A stretch of DNA of 64,000 nt from Candidatus Muiribacterium halophilum (GCA_023228995.1 JALOAD010000002.1:86245-150244); one strand, 5' to 3'; numbered from the stretch's first letter, positions 9,164 through 19,469 are shown. The notes: generated by a model from the sequence alone, not told the origin. Numbers and translations: made by a program.

Positions 9164-11113
9164 GTGTTTTGGATTTCAACAAACACAATGAACCCAACAA
9201 CTGCTTACCCAATTGAACTTACTTTGGGTTTAACTATATCAGAAATATGTAATCTTGAATGTTCTTTTTGCACAAGAAATATAAGTTTTGAAAACTTCAC
9301 AGAAAATTCTTTCTATAAAAAGAGAATGTGTAATTTTTTTGGCAAATTTATGAATTCTGAAACATTCAGAAAAATTCTTAATAATATTGATATTAATATT
9401 TCAAGATTTTTAATACTAGGATTAGGTGAACCATTATTAAATCCAGATTTTTTAAATATAATAAAACAATGTTCAGAGATAAATTCTTCTATAAAAGAAT
9501 TTATAATATATACAAATGGAATTGAATTAAATTCTAAATTGAGTTTTGAAATAATTAATGTTTTAAAAAAATCAAATAAAAATTTTACTTTTGTATTTTC
9601 CGTTGGAGCTTTTAAAGAAGAAACTTATTTTACATTAAAAAAAAGAAATTTTTTAAATATTGTAACAGAGAATGTGAGTAATTTTATTTCAAATATAAAA
9701 AAAAACAATATAAACAATATATTTACAACAGTTCAATGTGTTGTTTGTGAAACAAATTCAAATGAAATTTTAGATTTTTATAAATTTTGGAAAAATATTT
9801 TTGAAAAAAATAATATTAATTTTATTTTAGAAAATGATACAGAATTTGAAATCAGAAATGTTCATAAGTATACAAATTCAATATCAATAATTCCGTGTAT
9901 TGGTAATAATCCTAAAAAAGATATAAAAATATATGAAAAATCTTTGAAAGATTCAAAACTCAATGAAATTATTTTGAATAAAGACAATTTTGGTCATGGA
10001 ATATGTTATGAAAAAAATAAAAGACAAGCTTGTCCTGATATTTTTAGATATCCATTTATATTTATAGATGGAACAATGTCAATATGTTGTTATGATATTG
10101 AATTTTCAAAAGTTTATGGTAATTTATCACAAAATAAATTATCAGAAATATTTTTATCAAAAAAAGCATTGAATTGGCGTAAAACCCATATAGATGGTGA
10201 ATTAGATGATTTATTAGTTTGTAAAAGTTGTGTTGGAAGTGATCATATATTTTTACAAAAAAATGAAATATCAGATTATTGTGAATTTTATAATATAAAA
10301 AACGGGTATGTGAAATATTTCACAAGATTAGAAACTGGAAAACAATATAAGTATAAGAATATTATAGTTTATTCTAAAGATTTAGAAGAATTACTTTCAG
10401 GTGAAAATATATATACTAATATTAAATTAAATAATACAATATATAATCAATTAAGAAAACTTCAAGATTTTAAAGAATATAGAATAGAGAATAATGACAA
10501 TACATTATTGCCATGTGCTCATTGGTTTAAAACATTGATAATAAAACATAATAAAAAGTATTTTGGTTGCGATTTAAGCTATTTTACAGAAGATTCAATA
10601 AATATAAATAAAATACTTCAAGGTGATTATTCAACACTACCTAATAAATGTAAAAATTGTATAATTAGAGAAAGACCAGATTTTAATTTCTTTAGAAACT
10701 TTCAGAATAAGTTAAATAAAAACTGGAAAGATTTAATTTATACAAATGAAGAACTTAATGAAAAACTTCCTGACTTTAATACAATAAATCTTGAAACTTT
10801 CTTAAGTTCAGAAGTAGCAAATTATAGAATTGGATGGAAAAGAATAATATTAAAATATAATAAAGATAAAGAAAAATTAGATTTAATAGCAGAATGTAAA
10901 GATTTTCCGCAAGATTCATACTTTTATGCAGAGCTTTGTAAAGCTTATTTTATTATGGGTGAAATAGAGAAAGGATTAAAATTTTTAAAAAAAGCATATA
11001 ATTTAAATAAAGTAGAATATTTTATAAGTATATTAGAAAATAAAAATTTACAAATTTCAGAAGAATGGGAAAGTGTATTTTTATTAAATCACTTTTTAAA
11101 TCAATATAAATAA
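9164..11113 (+). CDS. Radical SAM/SPASM-domain protein with long C-terminal extension (649 aa)
   Basis: A CX3CX2C motif CNLECSFC (nt ~9248-9271) sits near the N-terminus, in the context 'LGLTISEICNLECSFCTRN'. Downstream Cys clusters (CPDIF...MSICCYD...CKSCVGS) resemble a SPASM/twitch domain. A further Cys group follows (PCAHW...GCDL...CKNCII), then a TPR-like tail. The start may instead be the internal Met at 9185. Confidence 0.75.
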   Translation: MFWISTNTMNPTTAYPIELTLGLTISEICNLECSFCTRNISFENFTENSFYKKRMCNFFGKFMNSETFRKILNNIDINISRFLILGLGEPLLNPDFLNIIKQCSEINSSIKEFIIYTNGIELNSKLSFEIINVLKKSNKNFTFVFSVGAFKEETYFTLKKRNFLNIVTENVSNFISNIKKNNINNIFTTVQCVVCETNSNEILDFYKFWKNIFEKNNINFILENDTEFEIRNVHKYTNSISIIPCIGNNPKKDIKIYEKSLKDSKLNEIILNKDNFGHGICYEKNKRQACPDIFRYPFIFIDGTMSICCYDIEFSKVYGNLSQNKLSEIFLSKKALNWRKTHIDGELDDLLVCKSCVGSDHIFLQKNEISDYCEFYNIKNGYVKYFTRLETGKQYKYKNIIVYSKDLEELLSGENIYTNIKLNNTIYNQLRKLQDFKEYRIENNDNTLLPCAHWFKTLIIKHNKKYFGCDLSYFTEDSININKILQGDYSTLPNKCKNCIIRERPDFNFFRNFQNKLNKNWKDLIYTNEELNEKLPDFNTINLETFLSSEVANYRIGWKRIILKYNKDKEKLDLIAECKDFPQDSYFYAELCKAYFIMGEIEKGLKFLKKAYNLNKVEYFISILENKNLQISEEWESVFLLNHFLNQYK

Positions 11114-11914
11114 TCCAGTTAAAAGTATAAATGATGTTCCAATAATTCTTATAATTTTTACAATATTTTGATTTTTTTCAAATTCAAACATTTTATTACC
11201 TGAATTTTTTAAAAATAAAGTTAGCAAAGCTGATAAAAATATTCCAGTTGACATACCAACTGACATTGCTGCTACAGAGAAAAGTCCTGTATTTAACATT
11301 TTTAAATTTAAAGAAAACAAAAGTATTATTGATGTTGCAGGACATGGGACAAGACCGGCTGAAACGACAACTCCTTTAAAAGTTGAATGATTATTATTGT
11401 TTTTTTTGAAAATATTATAAAATTGAAATAAAGATATTAATATTATTGCAGAAGCTGTTATGTTTTTTAATACTTTTTCAGATGATTCAAAATAAGCAGT
11501 AACTGGTAATTTTAAAATATAATATATTGATAAAACTATTGTTATTGCTGATAATGAATGTAAAGTTCCCATTGTAAAACTAGCAAAAAAAGCTTTAGAA
11601 ACTTTGCTTTTTTCTGAAAGTATCAAAGAACTTAAAATAAATTTACCATGTCCTGGACCAGCTGCATGTATTATTCCATAAAGAAATGATATTAGTATTA
11701 TTGAAAAAAATGTAAATGTACTTTTATCTTTTCTTAAACTTATCATAAGAGAGGAGAGTTTTGTTCTTAATATTCTCTGATATTCAGTTATATGTTTATA
11801 AAAAGATGCTTGTTTAAAACTGTTGAAACTTTCAGAATGAAATACACTGTAAGCTAAATATATAACACCTATTATAAAAATACTAATCAATAGGTATTTT
11901 AAGTATATCTTCAT
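11096..11914 (-). CDS. Nickel/cobalt-transporter-like permease (COG2215/NicO-like)
   Basis: Multi-TM protein with the HAAGPGHGK motif characteristic of the high-affinity Ni/Co transporter family. Its start overlaps the upstream DUF1007 gene, suggesting an operon. Confidence 0.55.
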   Translation of the reverse strand: MKIYLKYLLISIFIIGVIYLAYSVFHSESFNSFKQASFYKHITEYQRILRTKLSSLMISLRKDKSTFTFFSIILISFLYGIIHAAGPGHGKFILSSLILSEKSKVSKAFFASFTMGTLHSLSAITIVLSIYYILKLPVTAYFESSEKVLKNITASAIILISLFQFYNIFKKNNNNHSTFKGVVVSAGLVPCPATSIILLFSLNLKMLNTGLFSVAAMSVGMSTGIFLSALLTLFLKNSGNKMFEFEKNQNIVKIIRIIGTSFILLTGLFILI

Positions 11915-12413
11915 CCCAATCTCCTTCTTCTACAAGAAACTTTCTGTTTTTATCATTTCTTGCATAATATGCAAGTTTAAAAGCTGTATAATTTTCTTCA
12001 TCAAAAACTCTTATCTTAATAAAATTTCCTTTTACAAGATATTCTTTAGGTATTGTGTAGTAAAATCTGAATTTTAAAATACCATCTTTTGAAGAAGCTT
12101 CAAAATCAGGAGAAGGGAATATTCTTTTACCTTCTGAGTAAATTTCAGTATAATAATTATATTCTTTCATTCTTAAAAATATGCTATTTTTTATTTCTTT
12201 AGCTTCAGCTTCATTAAGTTCAAAATCAGAATCTTTATCATAATCACCAATAATTCCACTTGAAAACATAGCATCATATTCCCATGTAAGTCTAATATTC
12301 ATATCACCTGATTTATCAATTGAATGAGTAAGATAAGTTTCTACAAATACATGAGGATGCCCCCATGATATTATAGAGTTTAATATAAAAAACAAAATCA
12401 TAAAACTTCTCAT
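11883..12413 (-). CDS. DUF1007-family periplasmic protein (partner of Ni/Co-transporter-like permease)
   Basis: N-terminal signal followed by the GHPHVFVETYL motif typical of DUF1007. It is translationally coupled to the downstream permease. Confidence 0.5.
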   Translation of the reverse strand: MRSFMILFFILNSIISWGHPHVFVETYLTHSIDKSGDMNIRLTWEYDAMFSSGIIGDYDKDSDFELNEAEAKEIKNSIFLRMKEYNYYTEIYSEGKRIFPSPDFEASSKDGILKFRFYYTIPKEYLVKGNFIKIRVFDEENYTAFKLAYYARNDKNRKFLVEEGDWDEDILKIPID

Positions 12414-12509
12414 AAATACCTCTTAAAAACTGCGAAATAGCGAAACGGTGAGATGGTGAAATAGATTTAAAGCTTTTCCTACTTCACTCTTTCACACATT
12501 CGCTGTTTT

Positions 12510-13298
12510 TTATTCTTCAATAATTGCTTTTATTATTTTAATTGGTTCTATTGGTCTGTCACTACCATCTTTTTTAACTTTTTCAATTTTATCAACAGTA
12601 TCCATACCTTTGATAACTTTTCCAAATACTGTGTGTTTACCATCAAGCCAATCACATTTATCTTTAGTTACTATAAAAAACTGACTTCCATTTGTATCAG
12701 GACCAGCATTTGCCATTGCAATTGTACCTTTGACCACATTCATTGATTTTAAACCATCTTTGAAATTATAACCCTGATTTTCATAATAATCTTTAATTGT
12801 CATATTTCTGCCAGGAACTTTTTTAGTATCAAGGTTTAAAGCTTCAGCACAAATTTCATCTTCAAAATCTTTTTTCCATATAGATTCTCCGCCTGCACCT
12901 GTACCTGTAGGATCTCCACCTTGTATCATAAAATCTTTTATTACTCTATGAAATATTATTCCATTATAATAACCGTTTTTTACATGAGTTGTAAAATTTT
13001 CTACAGTTTTTGGAGCGACTTCTGGGTATAATTCTAAAGTTATATTTCCAAGGCTTGTTTCTAAAAGAACTTTAATTGTTTTGTTATCCATTACTTTTTT
13101 CTCCTTCTTTTTTTTGTTTTTGTCTGTAGGTGTTTTGTTATAAGTTCCTGTAACTGAACATAGTTCAGGATTTTCAATTGAACATGTGTTTGAATCATTA
13201 AAACAAAGATTATCAGAAAAAGCATTTAATGAAAAGCAAATACACAGCATAAACGTAAAAATAAATTTTTTCATAAAATCCTCCGAAAAAAATTTCAA
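12510..13298 (-). CDS. Cyclophilin-type peptidyl-prolyl cis-trans isomerase, lipoprotein
   Basis: The conserved cyclophilin core '[26 protein letters not shown] ... HTVFGKV' is present. The N-terminus has a signal peptide and Cys-rich lipo-region; the start is probably the internal Met (MKKFIFTF...) at ~13274. Confidence 0.85.
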   Translation of the reverse strand: MKFFSEDFMKKFIFTFMLCICFSLNAFSDNLCFNDSNTCSIENPELCSVTGTYNKTPTDKNKKKKEKKVMDNKTIKVLLETSLGNITLELYPEVAPKTVENFTTHVKNGYYNGIIFHRVIKDFMIQGGDPTGTGAGGESIWKKDFEDEICAEALNLDTKKVPGRNMTIKDYYENQGYNFKDGLKSMNVVKGTIAMANAGPDTNGSQFFIVTKDKCDWLDGKHTVFGKVIKGMDTVDKIEKVKKDGSDRPIEPIKIIKAIIEE

Positions 13299-13514
13299 AT
13301 ATTAATGTTTGTAACTATAAATCAATAATAATATATTAAGCTAATAAAAAGCAACTGTTGAGTAACTTAAAAACTAAAATATAATAAAATAAAACAAATT
13401 TTTTCAAAAACCTTTATAGAAACAAAATTATTTAAATTATATATTGCAAGAATTACACATATTATTGTATTATATTAATATTAATATTAATTAAAAACAG
13501 AATGGAGTATAAGA

Positions 13515-15128
13515 ATGAAAATCTCAGATTTATTAAAAGGCATTTGTATAATGATAATCATTGTATCAATTGTATCAATTACCAATATATATTTTTCGCT
13601 TTCTTCAATGGAAGGTGATTCAAGGATTGTAAATTATTCTGGTATTGTAAGGGGAGCTACTCAAAGACTTGTAAAACTAGAATTATTAAATAATAAATCT
13701 GATAATTTAATGGATAAAATTGAAAATATTATTTTAGGTCTTATAAATGGTTCAAAGGAATTAAATCTTGTAAAAACAAATGATTTTGATTTTGAATCTA
13801 AGATGTTAGATATTAAAAATAAATATAGTGAATTAAGAAAATCATTGATATATTTAAGGGCAAATAAAGATATTATAGATAATATTAACAAACAGAGCGA
13901 AGATTTTTTTGAACTTACAAATGAAGCTGTTTCACTTGCAGAAAATTATTCAAAAAAGAAAGTTATTTCTCTTAAAAGTATTCAAACTTTTATATTTATT
14001 ATAAATTTAATCACTGTAATAATACTTATATTGATTTCAAAATATTATATAACTGATCCAGTTAGAAAAATTATTAAATTACTTGCACAAATTTCAAAAG
14101 GGGATTTATCAATTAATATTCCAATAAGTAAATTCAAAGGTGAAATGAAAGAAATTGCTGAATCAGCAGATAATTTTGTAAAAGATACTTCTGAAAGTTT
14201 TATAAGTATAAAAAATATGTCAAGAAAAACAGAAGAGATATCAAAAGAATTAATAAAAGCAAATAGTGTTTTGGTTGAAGTTTCTAAAATACAGTTAGAT
14301 ATAATAAATCAGATTAATGATACAGGAATAAATCTTAATTCGAAATCAAAAGAAATAAATGAAAGTATATATAGACAATCAGATTCAATTTCATCAACAA
14401 CATCATCTGTTGAACAATTATCAGCATCGGTTGAAGAAATATCTGCAAATACATTAAATGTATCAGAAATTGTAAATACAGCTTCAGTGGAAGCTGAAAA
14501 TGGTTTTGAAAGTATGCAAGCTTCTATTAATGCTATGAAAACAATAAAAGAAAATGCTTCTCAGATAAATAGTATAATTTCAGTAATAACTGAGATTGCT
14601 GAACAGACAAATCTTCTTGCATTAAATGCAGCTATTGAAGCAGCTAGAGCAGGTGAACATGGTAAGGGTTTTTCAGTTGTTGCAGATGAGGTAAGAAAAC
14701 TTTCTGAAAGAACTGCTGATTCTGCCAAAGAAATTGAACAGCTTATTGTAACAACAGTGAATAATGTCGAAAATGGTGATAAATTAGCTACAAAATCTGG
14801 AGAAGGACTTAAGAATATTGTTAATCAAGTTGAAAAAGCTGCTCAATTAACAGCAGAAATTTCAGCAGCAACATCAGAACAAAAAGAAGCTCATAGAGAA
14901 ATTGCAAATGCTATGGCAAGTATTACTATGAATAGTAATGAAGTTAATATAGTTGTAAAAGAAGAAGATTTAATAATTGAATCTATGTATTCTAATATAC
15001 AAAGAATGAAAATGTCTTCAGTTGATAGTGAAAAAGCAATTGAAAAGCTTGACAAAATAATTGAAGAGATTGAAATAACATCGGAAAAATTAGTGAATTC
15101 GGTAGAAAAATTTATAACCAAGGAATAA
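13515..15128 (+). CDS. Methyl-accepting chemotaxis protein
   Basis: Two TM segments with a HAMP-like linker, then the highly conserved MCP signalling motif '[38 protein letters not shown]'. GGAG RBS lies upstream. Confidence 0.9.
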   Translation: MKISDLLKGICIMIIIVSIVSITNIYFSLSSMEGDSRIVNYSGIVRGATQRLVKLELLNNKSDNLMDKIENIILGLINGSKELNLVKTNDFDFESKMLDIKNKYSELRKSLIYLRANKDIIDNINKQSEDFFELTNEAVSLAENYSKKKVISLKSIQTFIFIINLITVIILILISKYYITDPVRKIIKLLAQISKGDLSINIPISKFKGEMKEIAESADNFVKDTSESFISIKNMSRKTEEISKELIKANSVLVEVSKIQLDIINQINDTGINLNSKSKEINESIYRQSDSISSTTSSVEQLSASVEEISANTLNVSEIVNTASVEAENGFESMQASINAMKTIKENASQINSIISVITEIAEQTNLLALNAAIEAARAGEHGKGFSVVADEVRKLSERTADSAKEIEQLIVTTVNNVENGDKLATKSGEGLKNIVNQVEKAAQLTAEISAATSEQKEAHREIANAMASITMNSNEVNIVVKEEDLIIESMYSNIQRMKMSSVDSEKAIEKLDKIIEEIEITSEKLVNSVEKFITKE

Positions 15129-15132
15129 TAAA

Positions 15133-15375
15133 ATGGAATTTTCAATAAAGTCGATAGAAAAAGCATGGAAAAAATCAGGCGGTATATGTGAACAATGTAG
15201 TAAAAGACTAGTTTATCTTAGCATGGATAAAAGTGATCAGAGAGGAGCATGGAATCCTTGGGATAGATCTGGATTAAATGGATTAGGTCCTGATACGGCC
15301 GAAAACTGTGAGATATTATGTTATCAATGTTATTTGAGAGCAAGATACAAAACTGCTTTAAAAAATCGAATATAA
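15133..15375 (+). CDS. Small Cys-rich zinc-ribbon / degenerate HNH-like protein (80 aa)
   Basis: Carries CEQC...ENCEILCYQC (CxxC + CxxxCxxC). The gene starts 4 bp after the MCP stop, so it is probably co-transcribed. Spacing resembles HNH but the catalytic His residues are absent. Confidence 0.4.
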   Translation: MEFSIKSIEKAWKKSGGICEQCSKRLVYLSMDKSDQRGAWNPWDRSGLNGLGPDTAENCEILCYQCYLRARYKTALKNRI

Positions 15376-15452
15376 TTGAATTTTCAGATAACTTGACAAT
15401 GGTAAATGGTTTGACTATAAAGTAATGGACTATAAAATTCTAGGGGGAATAT

Positions 15453-16397
15453 ATGGCTTTTAATCTTAAAGGAAGGCATTTTCTAACTTTGCTTCATTAT
15501 ACACCTGAAGAAATTCAATTTCTTCTTGACCTTGCTAAAACTTTAAAACAGAATAAAAGAATGGGGATTTATGGTGATAATTTAAAAAGAAAAAATATTG
15601 CTTTAATATTTGAAAAATCTTCAACTAGAACTAGATGTGCATTTGTTTGTGCTGTTAATGATGAAGGTGGAAATGCTGAATATTTATCAGTTAATGATAT
15701 ACAGCTTGGTGGAAAAGAAAGTGTTGAAGATACAGCTAGAGTTTTAGGTAGAATGTTTGATGGTATAGAATTTAGAGGTTTTAAACAGGAAACTGTTGAA
15801 AAACTCGCTCAATATGCAGGTGTTCCTGTATGGAATGGTCTTACAGATATGTATCATCCAACTCAGATTTTAGCAGATTTGCTCACTGTAATTGAAAATT
15901 TCGGTAGTCTTAAAGGTATTAAATTTGCTTATTTTGGGGATGCTAGAAATAATATGGGAAATTCACTTCTTATAGGTTGCGCGAAAATGGGAATGCATTT
16001 TGTAAGTTGTGCTCCTAAAGAATTATGGCCTCAAAAAGAACTTATTGAAACTTGTCAAAAAATTGCTGAAGAAACTGGAGCAATACTTGAATTTACAGAT
16101 GATCCTAAAAAAGCTGCTAAAGATTCTCATGTTCTTTACACAGATGTTTGGGTTTCTATGGGTGAAGAAAATCAGCCTGGCATTAAAGAAAGAGTTGAAA
16201 AACTTAGACCTTATCAGATTAATATGGATTTAGTTGAAGCTACTGGAAGAGAAGATGCTATAGTTTTACATTGTCTTCCTGCTGTTCATGATAAAGAAAT
16301 TTCTCATGAAGCATTTGAATCAAAATATTCTAAAGTATTTGATCAAGCTGAAAACAGACTTCATACTATTAAAGCTGTTATGGTTGCAACTATATAA
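15453..16397 (+). CDS. argF: Ornithine carbamoyltransferase
   Basis: STRTR carbamoyl-phosphate motif, HPTQ, DVWVSMGEE and HCLPA motifs are all present. GGGGGA RBS. The anabolic (argF) versus catabolic (arcB) role is not decidable from sequence. Confidence 0.88.
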   Translation: MAFNLKGRHFLTLLHYTPEEIQFLLDLAKTLKQNKRMGIYGDNLKRKNIALIFEKSSTRTRCAFVCAVNDEGGNAEYLSVNDIQLGGKESVEDTARVLGRMFDGIEFRGFKQETVEKLAQYAGVPVWNGLTDMYHPTQILADLLTVIENFGSLKGIKFAYFGDARNNMGNSLLIGCAKMGMHFVSCAPKELWPQKELIETCQKIAEETGAILEFTDDPKKAAKDSHVLYTDVWVSMGEENQPGIKERVEKLRPYQINMDLVEATGREDAIVLHCLPAVHDKEISHEAFESKYSKVFDQAENRLHTIKAVMVATI

Positions 16398-16410
16398 ATA
16401 ATTTGAAAAC

Positions 16411-16458
16411 CAATTAGCGTGACTAAAGTCACAATTAGCACAACAAGTTGCTAATTGA
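16411..16458. repeat. Double hairpin element (GTGAC-TAAA-GTCAC and CAATTAGCA-N8-TGCTAATTG)
   Basis: Two perfect short inverted repeats lie immediately after the argF stop. A related GTGAC/CTAATTG hairpin is found at 20585-20645, after asd. Confidence 0.6.
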
Positions 16459-16490
16459 GTCTTCTGATTAAATAAACAAAAATTAATATA

Positions 16491-16595
16491 ATGTCATGCC
16501 GGTATGATTCTGAGAAAATGTCATCCCGGCATGATTCTGAGAAAATGTCATCCCGGCATGATTCTGAGCCGGGATCTGTTTTTGATTTTTTTCAT
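16491..16595 (+). repeat. 27-bp tandem repeat array (2.5 copies, unit ATGTCATCCCGGCATGATTCTGAGAAA) ending in hairpin plus T-run
   Basis: Direct head-to-tail copies. The terminal copy forms a TCCCGG-N12-CCGGGA stem followed by TCTGTTTTTGATTTTTTT. The same family occurs in inverse orientation at 26488-26660 and 27051-27247, with solo units at 24863-24900 and 28021-28056. Confidence 0.8.
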
Positions 16596-16596
16596 T

Positions 16597-16785
16597 AAAC
16601 TATCGCAAAAAAATAATCATTCGGTACCATTCGATATTTTACATCCATATAAAATATCTCTTTACCTTCGTTCACTTTTAATACATCCGTATATTAAATG
16701 CTTCGCAACGTTCACTCAAGTTACCGAGTAGATTTTTTTTTTGCTTTTGTTTACAGAAACTCCTTCTTTTTTTGAATTAGATTTT
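16597..16785. repeat. ~190-bp MITE-like insert (second copy at 24661-24790)
   Basis: This segment interrupts the IR-L arm relative to IR-R. Its core 'CCTTCGTTCACTT(T/A)TAATACATCCGTATATTA(A/T)ATGCTTCGCAA(C/T)GTTCACTCAAGTTACCGAGTAGATTTTTTTT...GCTTTTGTTTA' recurs almost identically at 24680-24790. Confidence 0.6.
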
Positions 16786-17082
16786 ACATATAGATTCAAA
16801 AAATTGATATCGAGCGTAATTATGGAAGCTGTCTTAAGATTTTCAATAAGTATACAAAAAAGAAATTCAAAGTTAAAAAGAATAAAATTATAAATAACTA
16901 ACATACATTAGAAAATCTTAAGGAAATTACATGGAGATAATTTAAAGCTGAACATGTAAGGAGAAAATTTATACTATGTAAATTTTCAACTGTTACCAAG
17001 ATATCAATTGTTTTGAATTGTATAATTATTTAAAATATTGAATCCATTAATTAGAAAAACTTCTATCGAGTTCTCGTAATTG
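16774..17082. repeat. Left arm of ~309-bp inverted repeat (partner 26725-27033)
   Basis: Reverse complement of 26725-27033 at about 97% identity, aligned by eye from 'GAATTAGATTTTACATATAG' to 'CTCGTAATTG'. Confidence 0.8.
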
Positions 17083-17118
17083 CTGACAGACCATTTTTCA
17101 AACAGTCTTTTTTTCTTT

Positions 17119-17499
17119 TTATTTTTCTTTTGTTAAAAAAATATTATTCCATTCGTGTTTATAGACTTTTTCTTTTTCTGATTTCCAAAATAAGTCTTTT
17201 TCAAAATCAGAATCAACATTGCCATTGAATATTCCAAGAGTTTTTGAATAGTAAAAAAATCCCTTACCTGGTCTTCCTGAATTTTTATTAACAACAAGTG
17301 ATGTTAATAATGGTAAATCTTGTTTTTTTAGCTCTTCATTTAACTTATTTAGAGTATTAAATAATGTTTGAAATGGATTTAAAAAATTAGATGAGTTTTT
17401 TAATGGTAAACATTTATTTAACTCAAAGTAATAGATTAAACCTTTGTTTTTTGAAACAGATACTAATTTTTCATAAACATTAATTATAAATTCATCCAT
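17119..17499 (-). CDS. Hypothetical protein (126 aa)
   Basis: ORF lying just inside the left inverted repeat, with no recognisable motifs. A poly-A/T run lies upstream. Confidence 0.35.
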   Translation of the reverse strand: MDEFIINVYEKLVSVSKNKGLIYYFELNKCLPLKNSSNFLNPFQTLFNTLNKLNEELKKQDLPLLTSLVVNKNSGRPGKGFFYYSKTLGIFNGNVDSDFEKDLFWKSEKEKVYKHEWNNIFLTKEK

Positions 17500-17815
17500 A
17501 TTATACTCCTAGGTTAATCTTCTGAAAAAACAAAAAAAATCGAAGATTAAATTTATTATTTTTTTAATGCATTATTATATTTATTAGACTATCTGATTAA
17601 ATAACACAACTCTAAATTATATATTTATTTATTCAGACTATTCAATTATATTTGAAATTTAAGATTACTTCAATTGTCTAATGGTATTTTTTAGTTTAAA
17701 TAACAATTTTTTTATATTGGCTTCTACTTTCTATGGGTTATTTTTTGATTTTTTGTTTAATAAAGATGAATATTTAGTTTTTCTTTGTTAAAATTATAGA
17801 AAAAGGCAGGTATAT

Positions 17816-18568
17816 ATGAAAATATCTTTAATTGGTTTTGGAAAAATGGGAAAGATGATCAAAGAAAAAGCTATTTCACATGGGCATGAAATTAGTTCAA
17901 TAATTGACCCTTTTTCAGAACAAGCGGATTTTAAGGATATAACAAGTGAATCTGTTTGTGATGCTGATGTATGTATTGAATTTACTAATCCAGATTGTGC
18001 GCTTTCAAATATCAAAAAACTTATTATGCTTGATAAACATATTGTAGTTGGAACTACTGGTTGGTATAAAGATATTAATAAAATTCAAGCTGCTATTGAA
18101 AAAAGCAGTTCAGGTTTTGTATATGGTAGTAATTTTTCACCTGGTATGCATGTTTTTAAAAAAATCACAGATTATTCTTCAAAATTATTTGCAAAAATAA
18201 GTGATTATGATGTTGCTGGTATAGAAATTCATCATAGTGAAAAAATAGATAGTCCTTCCGGTACAGCAAATGTTTTAAGTGATATAATTATAAAAAACAA
18301 TCCTATAAAGCAGAGACTTCTTACAAATAGTATAGACAGAAAAGTTGCAGCTGAGGAATTTCAGTTTACATCGGTTAGAACAGGTAAAGTTCCTGGAATT
18401 CATAAAATTATGTTTGATTCTGATGCTGATACTGTTGAAATTAGCCATACTGCTAGAAATAGAGAAGGTTTTGCACTTGGAGCTATTATTGCTGCTGAAT
18501 TTATTAATAGAAAAACTGGTTTTTATAATATAGAAACTATATTTGATGAAATAATGGAGGGTAAATAA
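17816..18568 (+). CDS. dapB: 4-hydroxy-tetrahydrodipicolinate reductase
   Basis: N-terminal Rossmann motif GFGKMGK and the DapB signature 'EIHHSEKIDSPSGTA'. AGG RBS. Confidence 0.9.
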   Translation: MKISLIGFGKMGKMIKEKAISHGHEISSIIDPFSEQADFKDITSESVCDADVCIEFTNPDCALSNIKKLIMLDKHIVVGTTGWYKDINKIQAAIEKSSSGFVYGSNFSPGMHVFKKITDYSSKLFAKISDYDVAGIEIHHSEKIDSPSGTANVLSDIIIKNNPIKQRLLTNSIDRKVAAEEFQFTSVRTGKVPGIHKIMFDSDADTVEISHTARNREGFALGAIIAAEFINRKTGFYNIETIFDEIMEGK

Positions 18569-18569
18569 T

Positions 18570-19454
18570 ATGCTTGTTAAAGGACTTTATACTGCGATAA
18601 TTACTCCTTTTTCGGGAGAAGAAATAGATTGGGATGGTCTTGAAAGTAATATTGAGTTTCAAATTGAAAATGGAGTAGATGGGTTGGTTATTCTTGGTAC
18701 TACTGGTGAAACCCCTACTCTTACAAATTCCGAAAAAGAAGAAATAATTACAAAAAGCATTTCAATTATTAATAATCGTGTAAAAGTTATAATTGGCACT
18801 GGAACAAATAATACTAAAACAACTATAGAAAACACTCAAATGGCAGAAAAATATGGTGCTGACGGTGCTCTTATTGTCACTCCTTATTATAATAAACCTT
18901 CTCAAAAAGGAATTTATGAGCATTTCAAAAAAATAATTGAAAACACTGACATTCCTATAATTGTATATAATATTGAAGGAAGAACAGGTAGAAATATTGA
19001 TGTAAATACTCTTATTAAAATTTCAGAACTTGATAATATTGTTGGTGTTAAGGAAGCAAGTGGTAATATTAATCAAATGGGTGATGTAATAAATGAAATA
19101 TCAAGATTAAACCCTGATTTTTCTGTAATGAGTGGTGATGATGGTTTGACCTTACCCTTAATGTCAATGGGTGGACATGGAGTTATATCAGTTGTAAGCA
19201 ATCTTGTTCCTGCTGAAATGAAATCTCTTGTGCTTTATGCAGAAGCTGGTAATTTTGAAAAAGCTAGAAATATTCATTATAGATTATTGCCTTTATTTAA
19301 AGGTGCTTTTATTGAAACTAATCCTCAACCTATTAAATGTGCAATGAATCTTTGTAATATGGCAGGTGGAGATCTTAGACTGCCTCTTGTTGATGTTAGT
19401 GATGAAACAGAAGAAAAATTAAGAGTAATACTTGAAAGCATGGAGATTATTTAA
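18570..19454 (+). CDS. dapA: 4-hydroxy-tetrahydrodipicolinate synthase
   Basis: GTTGE motif, Schiff-base region 'VGVKEASGN', and the TPYYNKP motif. The start is 1 bp after the dapB stop, indicating translational coupling. Confidence 0.9.
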   Translation: MLVKGLYTAIITPFSGEEIDWDGLESNIEFQIENGVDGLVILGTTGETPTLTNSEKEEIITKSISIINNRVKVIIGTGTNNTKTTIENTQMAEKYGADGALIVTPYYNKPSQKGIYEHFKKIIENTDIPIIVYNIEGRTGRNIDVNTLIKISELDNIVGVKEASGNINQMGDVINEISRLNPDFSVMSGDDGLTLPLMSMGGHGVISVVSNLVPAEMKSLVLYAEAGNFEKARNIHYRLLPLFKGAFIETNPQPIKCAMNLCNMAGGDLRLPLVDVSDETEEKLRVILESMEII

Positions 19455-19469
19455 TCGGAGGTTTCAATT

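Noticed and set aside
16504-16731. Track ORFs 16504-16731, 26464-26727, 26468-26659 and 27043-27246, translating to 'MILRKCHPGMILRKCHPG...' and 'FEFLSSWY...' repeats
   Set aside because: These reading frames are open only because of the 27-bp tandem repeat. They have no RBS and no start context and lie entirely in repeat DNA.
17500-17815. Lysine riboswitch (L-box) upstream of dapB
   Set aside because: The 316-bp leader is almost pure A/T and lacks the conserved GC-rich L-box helices and kink-turn segments (for example GAGGCGC and GGTGC boxes). No convincing paired stems were seen.
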